64,000 bases of DNA, taken from positions 43,028,001 to 43,092,000 of the forward strand of contig NC_073391.1 in NCBI RefSeq assembly GCF_028641065.1, in the 5' to 3' direction. The notes beneath the pieces were generated by a model that had not been told where the DNA came from, made no database searches, and was given only the letters and a program-made list of their open reading frames with translations. This document shows, one piece after another, positions 36,487-48,500 of this stretch. Origin of the DNA: Leucoraja erinacea (taxonomy: Eukaryota). The position numbers and the translations under genes were made by a program. Position 1 is the first letter of the stretch; each line of letters opens with the position of its first letter.

Positions 36487-39044
36487 TAAGTGTGGACCAA
36501 ACAAACCACTTAGACTGCACCGTTGACGCGTAATGATGCACTAGAATTGTCGCATTTTATGAGTGATTTATTCATTGCTTTAATGCACAAACTCTGATAT
36601 TACAGAATGTTAAACAATATTGATCATGAAACGTACCCCAATGTTCATAACGCTTTAAACAAAAAAGTTGAAACTCGTAATTGTCGGCATTATATCCTAG
36701 AAACTAAATCAGATTGCACATCATCGATGGTGCTTCTCACACAAAAATCAGTTCTAACTCCCCCTTTTATAGTTTTGCACCCCTCAGGTTCTCATTAACT
36801 CCCCCCCCCCCCCCCCCCCCCCCTCCACATCACCTTAAGCCTCAGATATATTTCGATAGCATGCAACACAAAGCTCTGCATTGTCCCCCGGTATACGTGA
36901 CAATAATGAACATAAACCTTAATCCTAAACCTTTAACAGTACACGTGACCATGAACTAAACTGAACTAATCTCCCCTTTGCTCTATCTATTGTACTTGAG
37001 TTTAACGGCTGTACTTATGTACAGTATTCTCTGATCTGTTTGGATAGGAAGCAAAACAAAGCTTTTCAGTGTATCTTAGTACACGTGGCAACAATAAACT
37101 TAATCCTAAACTTTTAACTCCAGAATTTAGTGGACAAACAATTAACGTCCAGGTGAATTTGTGACCATTGAGTAACGGGCTGGGAAATCACTGCTGGTGC
37201 CTCTATTCTGACCATCGCATCGGACGCACGTGAAATGGCGTCACATCCTCCACAACGCAGCTCTGATCCACCTCTGGTTGAATGTGAAGGTTTGTTGAGA
37301 GATGGGATCACTGTAGATCAGTCAGAGAAACGGGCACCAAACCTGCAGAAGATCATCAACAAAATGTCAATTCAAGTGTCTCCATTAAGGCACCGCACAC
37401 AAGCTTGGTCAGACTCTGTAATAATCATGGCATCCAACTCCACAACGCCCTGAAAGTGGCCGCACAAGTAGATCGAGTGGTGAAGAAGGCGTACGGTAAG
37501 ATGAGGAAGGAAAGTGCAGATGCTGGTTTACACCGAGGATGGACACAAAAAGCTGGGGTGACTCAGCGGGTCAGGCAGCATCTCTGGAGAGAAGGAATAG
37601 GTGACGTTTCAGTTCTGAAGAAGGGTCTTTACCCGAAATGTCACCTATTCATTTTCTCCAGAGATGCTGCCTGACCCGCTGAGTTACTTCAGCTATTTGT
37701 GTCTGTCACCATATACTATGCTTGCCTTCATAGGTACAAGCATTGAGTATAAGTCATAGAATGATACAGTGTGGGAACAGGCCCTTCGGCCTAAGTCCTA
37801 AACCTGTCCTATCCTTCTACCTGTCCTATCCTTCTACCTGTTTCTTAAACAATAGGATAATCCCAGTCACAATTAACTCCTCTGGCAGCATGTTCCATAC
37901 ATCCGCCACCCTTTGTGTGAAAAAGTTACCCCACAGATTCCTATTAGCACTTTTCCCCTTCACCTTGAACCTATGTCCTCCATTCCCCTACTCTGGGCAA
38001 ACGACTCTGTGCTATTCCTGATCTGATCAATTCCTCTCATGATTTTGAAATCCTCGATAATATCTCCCCTCATCCTCCTGCGCTCCATGGAGTAGAGACC
38101 CAGCCTACTCAACCTCTCCCTATAGCTCACTCTCTCTAGTCCTGGCAACATCCTTGTGAATCTATTCTGAACCCTGACAAGCTTGCCAATATCTTTCCTG
38201 TAACTTGGTGCCCAGAACTGAACACAATATTCTAAATGCGGTCTCACCAACGTCTTATATAACTGCAACATGACCTCCCAACTTCTATACTCAATACACT
38301 GACTGATGAAGGCCAAAGTGCCAAAAGCTTTTTTGACCACCTTATCTACCTGCGACTCGACCTTCAAGGAACCATACACCTGTACTCCAGGATCCCTCTG
38401 CTCTACAACACTACCCAGAGGCCTACCATTTACTGTGTAGGTCCTGCCCTTGTTCAACATCCCAAAACGCAACACCTCACACTTCTCTGTATTAAATTCC
38501 ATCAACCATTCCTCCGCCCACCTGGCCAATCGATCAAGATCCTGCTGCAATCTTTCACAACCATCTTCACTATCTGCAAAACCACTAACTTTTGTATCAG
38601 TCAGGGAGTCATGATGCAGCTTTATCGGACTTTGGTTATTTGGAGTTAATTTGGAGTATCACATGTAGTTCAGGGCGCCCCATTGCTGTAAGGATGTGGA
38701 GGCTTTGGAAAGGGTGCAGAGGAGGTGCCTGGACTAGAGGGTATTAGCTACAGGAGATGTGCGGGGCATGTTTTTTTTACACAGAGGGCTGTGTGCGCCC
38801 GGAACTTGCTGCCGTGAGTGGTGGTTGAGGCACAATTGTGGCATTTGACAGACTCTTGGATGGGCCGATGGGTATACACGGAATGGAGACAGATAGGATT
38901 TGGTCTTGGCATCGTGTTCTGCACAGACACCGTGGGCCGAAGGGCCTGTTCCTGCGCTGTACTGTGTTACGTTCTATGTTCTAGTGAGGAATGGTTGAGG
39001 AAGGACCTTTCTCGCCCTTACCTCCTGGTCCTGGTATCTCCAGC

Positions 39045-40479
39045 CTAAGTAGAAGGGCGCAATTCACGAAGAGCGCTGAGATATTCTTCGTTGCCACGAT
39101 CCCACCGCAAGGCCTTTTCATAGCATTCAACAGCTTCAGAATTCTCCCCGGCTTCTCGGTGAAGAAACCCCAGGATACCCCAGGCTCTGCTGTTGTACGG
39201 GTTCCTGGTAATTTGCCTTCTTGCAATCTTCTCCAACTTAGTGTAACAAAGTTTCCATTCTTTCGTGCCGCGCCGGATTTTAAGGCCTTCCATAAAATGG
39301 TGGATGGCGTTTGATTCAGATTTGGTGTGATACAGTTCATATAATCCAAGCTGTAACTCTATTGCCTGCTTTTTATCTGGAGTAACATCCTCTAAACTCC
39401 GGAGGTCGTTGTATATCTCCTCCGCCCTGTCTGATTCATCATTCATTAAGCAGATGCTGGCAAAATCCAGCTTTGCAAATACATACGATGGCTCTAGTTC
39501 AAATGCCGTTCCAAAATACTGCTTGCAATGGCCGATCAACTCAGCCTCCACGCCAGGGTCTGCAATGCCTTGATTTCTACGCAGAGCCATTAGCTTTTTT
39601 CTGTAACAGATACCCATTTGATGGTGCAAGAAGGAAGAGAGCGGAGTGAATTCTAAGGCTTTCTTCAACATCTCTATCGCTTTATCAACATTGCGCTCTG
39701 TTCTGTAAAACTTTGCTGCATAGCGGAGCACATATGGAGAATCTGGGCTTGTCCGCAACGCTTCTTCAACCAATTCATTCGCTTCTGCCTTTTGCTGGAA
39801 CTCTTGGAGCCTGAGGGCCAGCATCACCCTGGCCACAGATTCACCCGGATCGAGCTCCAGCACCCGTCTCAGCTGTTTCACCGACTGACTCACTTCGGGG
39901 TTTTGCAGGATCCCGGAAATCGATTCCAGACGGTACAGAGCGGTGGCGTAGCCCATGTTCCACTCCGTGTTGTCGGGATCTTCCTCCAGAGCCTTGGCGA
40001 AACATTCCTTCGCCTCCTCGTAGAACTGAGAGTGGGAGCTCAGCAAAGACCACCCCTTCTCCCCCAACACCTCGGGCACCATTGCCGTGACGTGCGGGCC
40101 CTGTGTGAGGGGGCCACACATCACCTCCAGCATGTCGAGGTAGGACTGGGCCTCGCTGAGTTGCCCCATGTGGTAATGCAACCAGGCCCGGTTGCCATGG
40201 GTGACGATGCTCCTCCTCTCAAATCCATCCCCGTGGATCTCCCTCAGACGTCTCTCCGCCTCCTCTAAGTCACGGAGAGCTTCTTCGTAGTTGCCCTGCA
40301 GGTAGTTGATGTAAGCCAGCTGGTTGTGCGGCACGCCTTGGTGATTCCCGCCGATGATAATCGAATCCTGCAACTTCTGCTTCACTTCGTCCAGGTCACT
40401 GTCGTCCATCTGTGGGCCCCACGTGAAGTGGCACTGAAGCTGGCCGAGCTTCACCAACAAGGACTCCCTCAGTGTGTCG
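39045..40479 (-). CDS. IFIT5-like: IFIT copy C exon 2; 479-aa IFIT protein after splicing
   Basis: Acceptor AG at 40481-40480 on the minus strand; intact ORF to TAG with the same IFIT motifs. Confidence 0.93.
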
Positions 40480-41144
40480 CTGCAAGAGAGCACAAGGTGA
40501 TCAATGGGACAACGCACAAAAAGCTGGAGTAGCTCAGTGGGTCAGGCATAATCAAGGACGAGACGCACCCTGGCCACTCCCTCTCCTACCCTCACCCAAC
40601 GGGCAAGAGGCACAGAAGTGTGAAAACGCACACCTCCAGATTCAGGGACAGTTTCTTCCAAGCTGTTATCAGGCAACTGAACCATCCTATCACCAACTAG
40701 AGAGAGGTCCTGACCTTCCAGCTACCTCATCGGTCTATATATTATCGGACTTTACCTTGGACTAAACGTAACTCCCTTTATCCTGGATCTGTGCACAGTG
40801 GACAGCTTGATTGTAATCATGTACAGTCATTCTGCTGACTGAATAGCACACAGCAAAAAAATCTTTGTGGAAGGTCTGCTGCTCAAATGTTAGCTGCATT
40901 TCAGCCCCACGCATCTGATCTTAGGTTTCCCGGTACAGAAGGAGGAGGTTCATTCGCTTGTCCAGACTTGGGAGGAAGGGGGACCTCCCTGTTGATTTGC
41001 CCCTGGACCTGGCCAAGATGGCTGCTCACCTGTCCCAGCAACGGACAGTCGAATGTTCCACCCGAGTCGATCGCATGCCCCACTTCCTGGCCTACGTCCG
41101 TGTCCACCGGGACTCGTGAGGTAATAGACAATAGCCATTCGTGA

Positions 41145-44100
41145 GGTAATAGACAGGAGTAGGCCATTCGGCCCTTCGAGCCAGCACCGCCATTCAATGT
41201 GATCATGGTTCATCATCCCCAATCAGTTCCCCATTCTTGCCTTCTCCCCATATCCCTGGACTCCGCCATTTTTAAGAGCCCTATCTAGCTCTCTCTTGAA
41301 TGCATCCAGAGAACCGGCCTCCACAGCCCTCTGAGGCAGAGAATTCCACACTCACAACTCTCTGTGAGAAAAAGTGGTTCCTCATTTCCGTTCTTAATGG
41401 CTTACCCCTTATTCTTAAACTGTGGCCCCTGGTTCTGGACTCCCCAACATCGGGAACATGTTTCCTGCCTCTAGCGTGTCCAACCCTTAACAATCTTATA
41501 TGTTTCAATAAGATTCCCTCTCATCCTTCTAAACTCCAGAGTGTGCAAGCCCAGCCGCTCCATTCTCTCAGCATATGACAGTCCCGCCATCCCGGGACTT
41601 AACCTTGTAAACCTACGCTGCACTCCCTCAATAACAAGAATGCCCTTCCGCAAATTAGGGGACCAAAACTGCACACAATACTCCAGGTGTGATCTCACTA
41701 AGGCCCTGTACAACCACAGAAGGACCTCTTTGCCCCTATACTCGACTTCTCTTGTTATAACGGCCAACATGCCATTCGCTTTCTTCACTGCCTGCTGTAC
41801 TTGCATGCTTACTTTCATAGACCGATGAATAAGAACCCCCAGATCCCGTTGTACTTCCCCTTTTCCAAACTTGACGCCATTTTGATAGTAATCTGCCTTC
41901 CTGTTTTTTTATACCAAAGTGGATAACCTCACATTTATCCACACTAATCTTAATCTGCCATGCATCTGCCCACTCCCCCAACCTATCCAAGTCACCTTGC
42001 ATTCTCATAGCATCCTCCTCACAGTTCACACTGCCACCCAACTTTGTGTCATCTGAAAATTTGCTAATGTTACTTTGAATCCCTTCATCCAAAACATTGA
42101 TGTATATTGTAAATAGCTGCGGTCCCAGCACTGAGCCTTGCAGTACCCCACTAGTCACTGCCTGCCATTCTGAAAGGGACACGTTAATCCGTACTCTTTG
42201 TTTCCTGTCTGCCAACCACTTCTCTATCCATGTCAGCACTCTACCCCCTATACCATGTGCCCTAATTTTGCCCACTAATCTCCTATGTGGGACCTTATCA
42301 AATGCTTTCAGACAGTCCAGGTACACTATATCCACAGGCTCTCCCTTGTCCATTTTCCGAGTTATATCCTCAAAAAATTCCAAGCATGATTTCCCCCTCA
42401 TAAATCCATGCTGACGCGAACTGATCCTGTTACTGCTATCCAAATGTGCAGCTATTTCATCTTTATAATTGACTCCAGCATCATCCCCGCCACCGATGTC
42501 AGGCTAACTGGTCTACAATTCCCTGTTTTCTCTATCCTGCCTTTCTTAAAAAGTGGGATCACATTAGCTACCCTCCAGTACACAGGAACTGATCCTGAAT
42601 CTATAGAACATTGGAAAATTATCACCAATGCATCCACAATTTCTAGAGCCACTTCCTTAAGTACCCTGGGATGCAGACCATCAGGCCCTGGGGATTTATC
42701 GGCCTTCAGTCCCATCAGTCTACCCAACACAAAAATAACAACACCATTTCCTGCCTAATGTGGATTTCCTTCAGTTCCTCCGTCACCCCAGATCCTCTGG
42801 CCATTACTATATCAGGAAGATTGTTTGTGTCCTCCTTAGTGAAGACGGATCCAAACTCCTCTGCTATTTCCTTGTTCCCCATAATAAATTCACCTTTATC
42901 AGTCTTCAAGGGTCCAACTTTGATCTTCACAAGTGTTTTCCTCTTCACATACCTAAAGAAATTTTAACTATCGTCCTTTATATTCTTGGCTAGCTTACCT
43001 TCGTACCTCATCTTTTCTCCCCGTATTGTCTTTTTAGTAATCTTCTGTTGTTCTGTAAACATTACCCAATCCTATTGCTTCCCGCTCATCTTTGCTACGT
43101 TGTACTTCTTCTCTTTTATTTTTATTCTGTCCCTGACGTCCCTTGTCAGCCACGGCTGCCCCTTACTCCCCTTGAACTGATCCTGCTCATTCTGTATTAT
43201 TCTTAGAAACTCCTGCCATTGTTGTTCCACTGTCATCCCTGCTAGTGTATCTTTCCAGTCAACTTTGGCCAGCTCCTCCCTCATGGTCCCATAGTCCCCT
43301 TTATTCAACTGCAACACTGACACCTCCGATCTACCCTTCTCCCTCTCCAATTGTAGATTAAACCTGACCATGTTATGGCCACTACCTCCTAATGGCTCAT
43401 TAACCTCAAGTTCCTTTATCAAATCCGGTTCATTACATAACACTAAATCCAGAATTGTATTCTCCCTGGTAGGCTCCAATACAAGCTGCTCTAAGAATCC
43501 ATCACGAAGGCACTCTACAAAGTCCCTTTCTCGGGGTCCAGTACCAATCTGATTTTCCCCAGTCTACCTGCATGTTGAAATCTCTCATAACAACTGTAGC
43601 ATTACCTATACGACCTGCCAATTTTAACTCCCGATTCAACGTGCACCCTATTGTCGAGGCTACTGTTTGGGGGCCTGTAGTTAAGTCCCATTAGGGTCTT
43701 TTTACCCTTACAAATCCTTAGTTCTATCCATACTGACTCCACATCTCCTGTTTCAATGTCACCCCTTGCAAGGGACGGAATTTCATTGCTCACGAACAGA
43801 GCTACCCCACCCCCTTTGCCCACCTGTCTGTGTTTTCGATATGAGGTATACCCTTGGATATTCAGTTCCCAGCCCTGGCCCTCTTGCAGCCATGTCTCTG
43901 TAATTCCCACAACATCACAGTTGCCAGTTTCTAACTGAGCCTCAAGCTCGTCCACTTTATTCCTTATACTTCCCGCATTCATATACAGCACTTTGACCTC
44001 CGTATTCACGTCCCCCCTCGCACCACTCGCAATTGGCCCTGACCTTACTCTTTTATCCCTTCTCGAACTTTCCTTCCCATTAATTCAAGAATCTTTTGTA

Positions 44101-45260
44101 ATTTTTCCTGTAGTTACTTTCCCTTCAACTCCATCTTTATACTCCCAATTTGTCAATCCCTCCCCCCCACTATTTAGTTTAAACCCACACGTGTAGCCCT
44201 AACAAACCTGCCTGCCAGAATGTCGGTCCCCCTCTAGTTAAGGTGTAACCCGTCCCTTTTGTACAGGTCACCCCTACCCCAGAAGAGATCCCAGTGGTCT
44301 ATAAATCTAAATCCTTGCTCCCTGCACCAGCCCCTCAGCCACACATTCAGATCCCCAATCTCCCTGTTCCTGTCCTCACTAGCACGAGGTACTGGAAGCA
44401 ATCCAGAGATAACCACCCTAGAAGTCCGGCATTTCAGTCTTCTTCCCAACTCTCTGAAGTCACGTTGGAGATCCTCCTTCCTCTTCTTCCCGATGTCGTT
44501 TGTGCCCACGTGCCCAACTACTGCCGGCTGTTCACCTTCTCTCTCGAGGATGTTCTGAATTTGGCTCGTGACATCCTGAACCCTGGCACCAGGGAGGCAA
44601 CAGACCATCCTCGCGTCTCATCTGCCGCCACAGAATGTCCTGTCCGCTCCTCGGACAATGGAGTCACCCACCACTATGGCTCTGCCCGACGTCTGTCTCG
44701 CCAGTCGAGTCCCATCTCTAGTATTGGAGCTGCCGACGTGTCAGTCGCTCGGACTGGAAACATCGTCTCCCCCGATAGTTTGCAAGAGAGCGTACCTGTC
44801 TTCATTAGGCTCAGCCACCTGGGTCTTCTGCACTCCACGATTTCCACCCTTTATCTCCGTCTCACACCTTGGTTCTTCCCGTATCCTCAGCGTGACAACC
44901 TCACTGTAGGTCCTGTCCAGGAAACTCTCATTTTCCCGGATGTCCCTGAGGTCGTCCAGCTGCTTCTCCAGTACCCACAACACGGTCCTTTAGGAGCTGA
45001 AGCTGGATGCACTTGCCACGGTTGTAGCAACCAGAGGCTCCATCCGTGTCCCTGGGCTCCCACATTCTGCAAGCCTCACACTGTCTCATCCGCCCTGACT
45101 TGTGTTCACCGCGTTCCATCCTCTCCAGCTTTATGCGTAGCCTCCTCTCCTCAGCCTCCTCGCCGAAGACTCTCGAGTCAAATACTCACAATTTACTCAC
45201 AAGCCACTTGCCTCACAAGGCCACCTCCTCACTCCCGCTCCCCTAGAGCAGCCTTGGTTA
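41145..45260 (-). mobile_element. Near full-length degenerate CR1 LINE in intron C (ORF1 zinc finger/leucine zipper and SGNH esterase; ORF2 endonuclease and RT)
   Basis: CEACRMWE..KCIQLQLLKDRV; CLPGARVQDV, HVGTNDIG, DGLHLN; YMNAGSIRNKVDEL, GITETWL; KSPGPDGLHPR; [13 protein letters not shown]; FSDDTKL; many frameshifts. Confidence 0.9.
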
Positions 45261-46117
45261 TATTGGACTGATAAATTGCCTAATTTACCAATTTGCAAAC
45301 CAAATTCCTCAGTTTTAAACTTTTTTTCCCCTTGACTTACTCACCTTTCCTACGGGGTTTCAGCCAATAAGGTCTTCTCCCTGCTTCTTTTTGATTGCTG
45401 CTTGTCCAAGATCCACGTAAGCACTGGGGCCTTCCGTGAGCACTGATTGCCGCGAGGTGGGTGGTTAGGTGCATCGTGGATAAGAATGAAAACACTGTAA
45501 TGATAACAATGCTTGTCTGCAGGGCCGGATTTACCACTACGCTTCATAGGCTGAAGCCTAGGGCCTCGAAATCTAGGGGGCCTCCGGCCAAGGCAGGACA
45601 CTTGCCGTTCAACTCTGAGCGGGCCCCTCTCTATCTCTCCCTCTCTGTCACCCTCCATCTCCGCCGGGTCTCCACTCATCGCTCGCTGCTCATCCGCCGG
45701 CACGGCACGGCAGGCCGCCTTGCACATGCGCATTGCTACAGCCAGCACATCCTCCCCTTGTCGTTGCGCACAACCACGGCCAGCACATCATCGACCGCCC
45801 TGCACATGCGCACTGCCACGGCAACTGGTCGGCGCTGGGCACTTTCTCCCTCACTTTGAATTGTGGGAGATCTGGCTGCCATTGCTGTCCGGTCGCCGCC
45901 TCGCTATGACCACTGAAAACCAACGCAGAATCACTCCCTGGAGCTGGAGTAACTTTCTGGAGTAACTTACTGGAGTAACTCTTGCTTCTGGTTTCCTGGT
46001 CCTCCAAAAATATTCTAAATGGAATTTAAACTGGAGGTGGTGGAGGGTACATCACCAAACTCCAAACTCTGAACAATAACAGCCTATTGCATTTTATCTG
46101 TTTATTTATTGTGTATA

Positions 46118-46852
46118 CAGTGGCTTGCAAACGTTTTCATACCCCTTGCACTTTTCCACATTTTGTCACGTTACAACCACAAACGTAAATGTATTTTATT
46201 GGGATTTTATGTGATAGACCAACACAAAGTGGTGCATAATTGTGAAGTGGAAGGAAAATGATACATGGTTGTCAATTTTTTTTACAAATAAAAAACTGAA
46301 AAGGGTGGCGTGCAAAAGTATTCAGCCCCCCTCAGTCAATACTTTGTAGAACCACCTTTCGCTGCAATTACAGCTGTAAGTCTTTTGGGGTATGTCTCAA
46401 CCAGCTTTGCACACCTGGAGACTGAAATTTTTGCCCATTCGTCTTTGCAAAATAGCTCAAGCTCAGTCAGATTGGATGGAGAGTGTCTGTGAACAGCAAT
46501 TTTCAAGTCTTGCCAGAGATTCTCAATTGGATTTAGGCCTGGACTTTGACTGGGCCATTCTAACACATGAATATGCTTTGATCTAAACCATTCCATTGTA
46601 GCTCTGGCTGTATGTTTAGGGTCATTGTCCTGCTGGAAGGCGAACCTCCGCCCCAGTCTCAAGTCTTTTGCAGACTCTAACAGGTTTCCTTCCAAGATTG
46701 CCCTGTATTTGACTCCATCCATCCATCTTCCCATCAACTCTGACCAGCTTCCCTGTCCCTGCTGAAGAAAAGCATCCCCACAGCATGACGCTGCCACCAC
46801 CATGTTTCACAGTGGGGATGGTGTGTTCAGGGTGATGTGCAGTGTTAGTTTT
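46118..46852 (-). mobile_element. Tc1/mariner transposon, 3' half (DD34E transposase C-terminus and IR/DR-type TIR)
   Basis: [44 protein letters not shown]; TA|CAGTGGCTTGCAAA terminus at 46118 and inner repeat GGCGTGCAAAAGTATTCAGCCCC at ~46307. Confidence 0.9.
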
Positions 46853-46869
46853 GGGATCCCACTACTGGC

Positions 46870-47580
46870 CGCATCTTCCCATCTCCACCATTTCTGCTTT
46901 CCACAGAGACTGTTCCCTCCGCAACTCCCTGGTTAACTCGTTCTTCACACCCAAACCACCCTCTCCCCAGGTACTTTCCCCTGCAACCGCAGGAGATGCA
47001 ACACTTGTCCTTTTACCTCCCTGCTCGGCTCCATCCACGGACCCCGACAGTTTTTTCAGGTGAGGCAGAGGTTCAGTTGCACCTCATCCAACCTCATCTA
47101 CTGTATCCGCTCTTCCAGGTGTCAACTTCTGTACATCGGCGAGACCAAGCGCAGACTCGGCGATCATTTTGCTGAACACCTCCGCTCAGTCTGCCTTAAC
47201 CTACCTGATCTCCCGGTTGCTCAGCACTTTAACTTCCCCTCCCGTTCCCAATCTGACCTTTCTGTCTTGGGCCTCGTCCATTGTCAGAATGAGGCCCAGT
47301 GCAAATTGGAGGAACAGCCGCTCGTATTTTACACCCCAGTGGTATGAACATTGACATCACTAACTTCAAATAACCCTTGCTTTCTCTCTCTCTCTCTCTC
47401 TCTCTATCCCTCCCCCCTTCCCAGTTCTCCCACCAGTCTTACCGTCTCTGACTGCATTCTATCTCTGTACCGCCCACTCCCCTGACATCAATCTGAAGAT
47501 GGGTCTCGACCCGAAACATCACCCATTCCTTCTCTCCAGAGATGCTGCCTGTCCCGCTGAGGTACTCCAGCATTTTGTGT
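46870..47580 (+). mobile_element. Penelope-like retroelement 3' part (GIY-YIG endonuclease plus terminal repeat with hammerhead motif)
   Basis: FSCTSSNLIYCIRSSRCQLLYIGETKRRLGDHFAEHLRSV...PVAQHFN. Confidence 0.85.
47493..47520 (+). ncRNA. Minimal type I hammerhead-ribozyme-like motif in the Penelope terminal repeat (representative copy)
   Basis: CTGAAGA-T-GGGT CTCG ACCC-GAAAC-ATC: CUGANGA and GAAA cores with a stem II hairpin and an NUH triplet, downstream of the GIY-YIG ORF on the same strand. Confidence 0.55.
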
Positions 47581-47582
47581 TT

Positions 47583-47810
47583 ATTAATAATAATAATAAT
47601 AATAATCTTATTTATATACCACATTTTTAGTCAACTTGCATTGACCCCAAAGTGCTTCACATAATTACATTACATTTACACCCAGGCAAAGGTGGGTGAA
47701 GTGTCTTGTCCCAAGGACACAACGACAGTATGCACTCCAAGCGGGATTCGAACCGGCTACCTTCCGGTCGCCAGCCGAACACTTAGCCCATTGCGCCATC
47801 TGTCGTCCCA
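47583..47810 (-). mobile_element. tRNA-derived CORE-type SINE with (ATT)n tail
   Basis: Minus strand: A box TGGCGCAATGG, B box GGTTCGAATCC, CORE-like gtgtccttgggacaagacacttcaccc, L2-like tail aagcactttggg...tatataaataag(att)n. Confidence 0.7.
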
Positions 47811-47859
47811 ATCTCGCCAATGTACAGATGTTGACAGGTCGTGCCAATGCCAATCTGTC

Positions 47860-48500
47860 GTATTATCTGAATGGTTTCAGATTAGGAGAATTTGAAGGTG
47901 CAACGACACCTGGGTGGCCTTGTACATCAGATACAGCAGGCAGTGAAGAAAGCAAATGGCATGTTGGCCAGTTGGAGGTCACACCTGAAGTATTGTGTGC
48001 AATTTTGGTCTCCAAAGCTGAGGAAGGACATTCTTACTTTTGAGGGAGTGTTGTGTAGGTTCACCAGGTTAATTCCAGGGATGACGGGAATGACATATGA
48101 TGAAAGAATGGGTCAACTGGGCTTGTATTCACTGGAATTTAGAAGGATGAGAGGATATCTTATAGAAATATACAATTCTTAAAGGATTGGACAGGCTAGA
48201 TGGAGGGAAAATGTTCCCGATGTTGGGGGAGTCCAGAACCAGGGATCACAGTTTAAGAATAAGGGGTAGGCCATTTAGGACTAAGATGAGGTAAAAATGT
48301 ATTCACGCAGAGAGTAGTGAATCTGACAGAAGACAGTGGAGACCAATTCACTTGATGTTTTCAAGAGAGAGTTAGATTTAGCTCTTAGGGCTAACGGGAT
48401 CAAGGGATATGGGGAAAAAGGGGAAACGGGGTAATGATCATATTGAATGGCGGTGCTGTCTCGAAGGGCCGAATGGCCTACTCCTGCACCTATTTTCTAT
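47860..48500 (+). mobile_element. CR1 LINE 3' fragment
   Basis: QQAVKKANGMLA...[17 protein letters not shown]...; ends with the cctattttctatgttt tail. Confidence 0.8.

Noticed and set aside
44294-45271. 325-aa plus-strand ORF
   Set aside because: Antisense to CR1 ORF1, with no recognisable domain.
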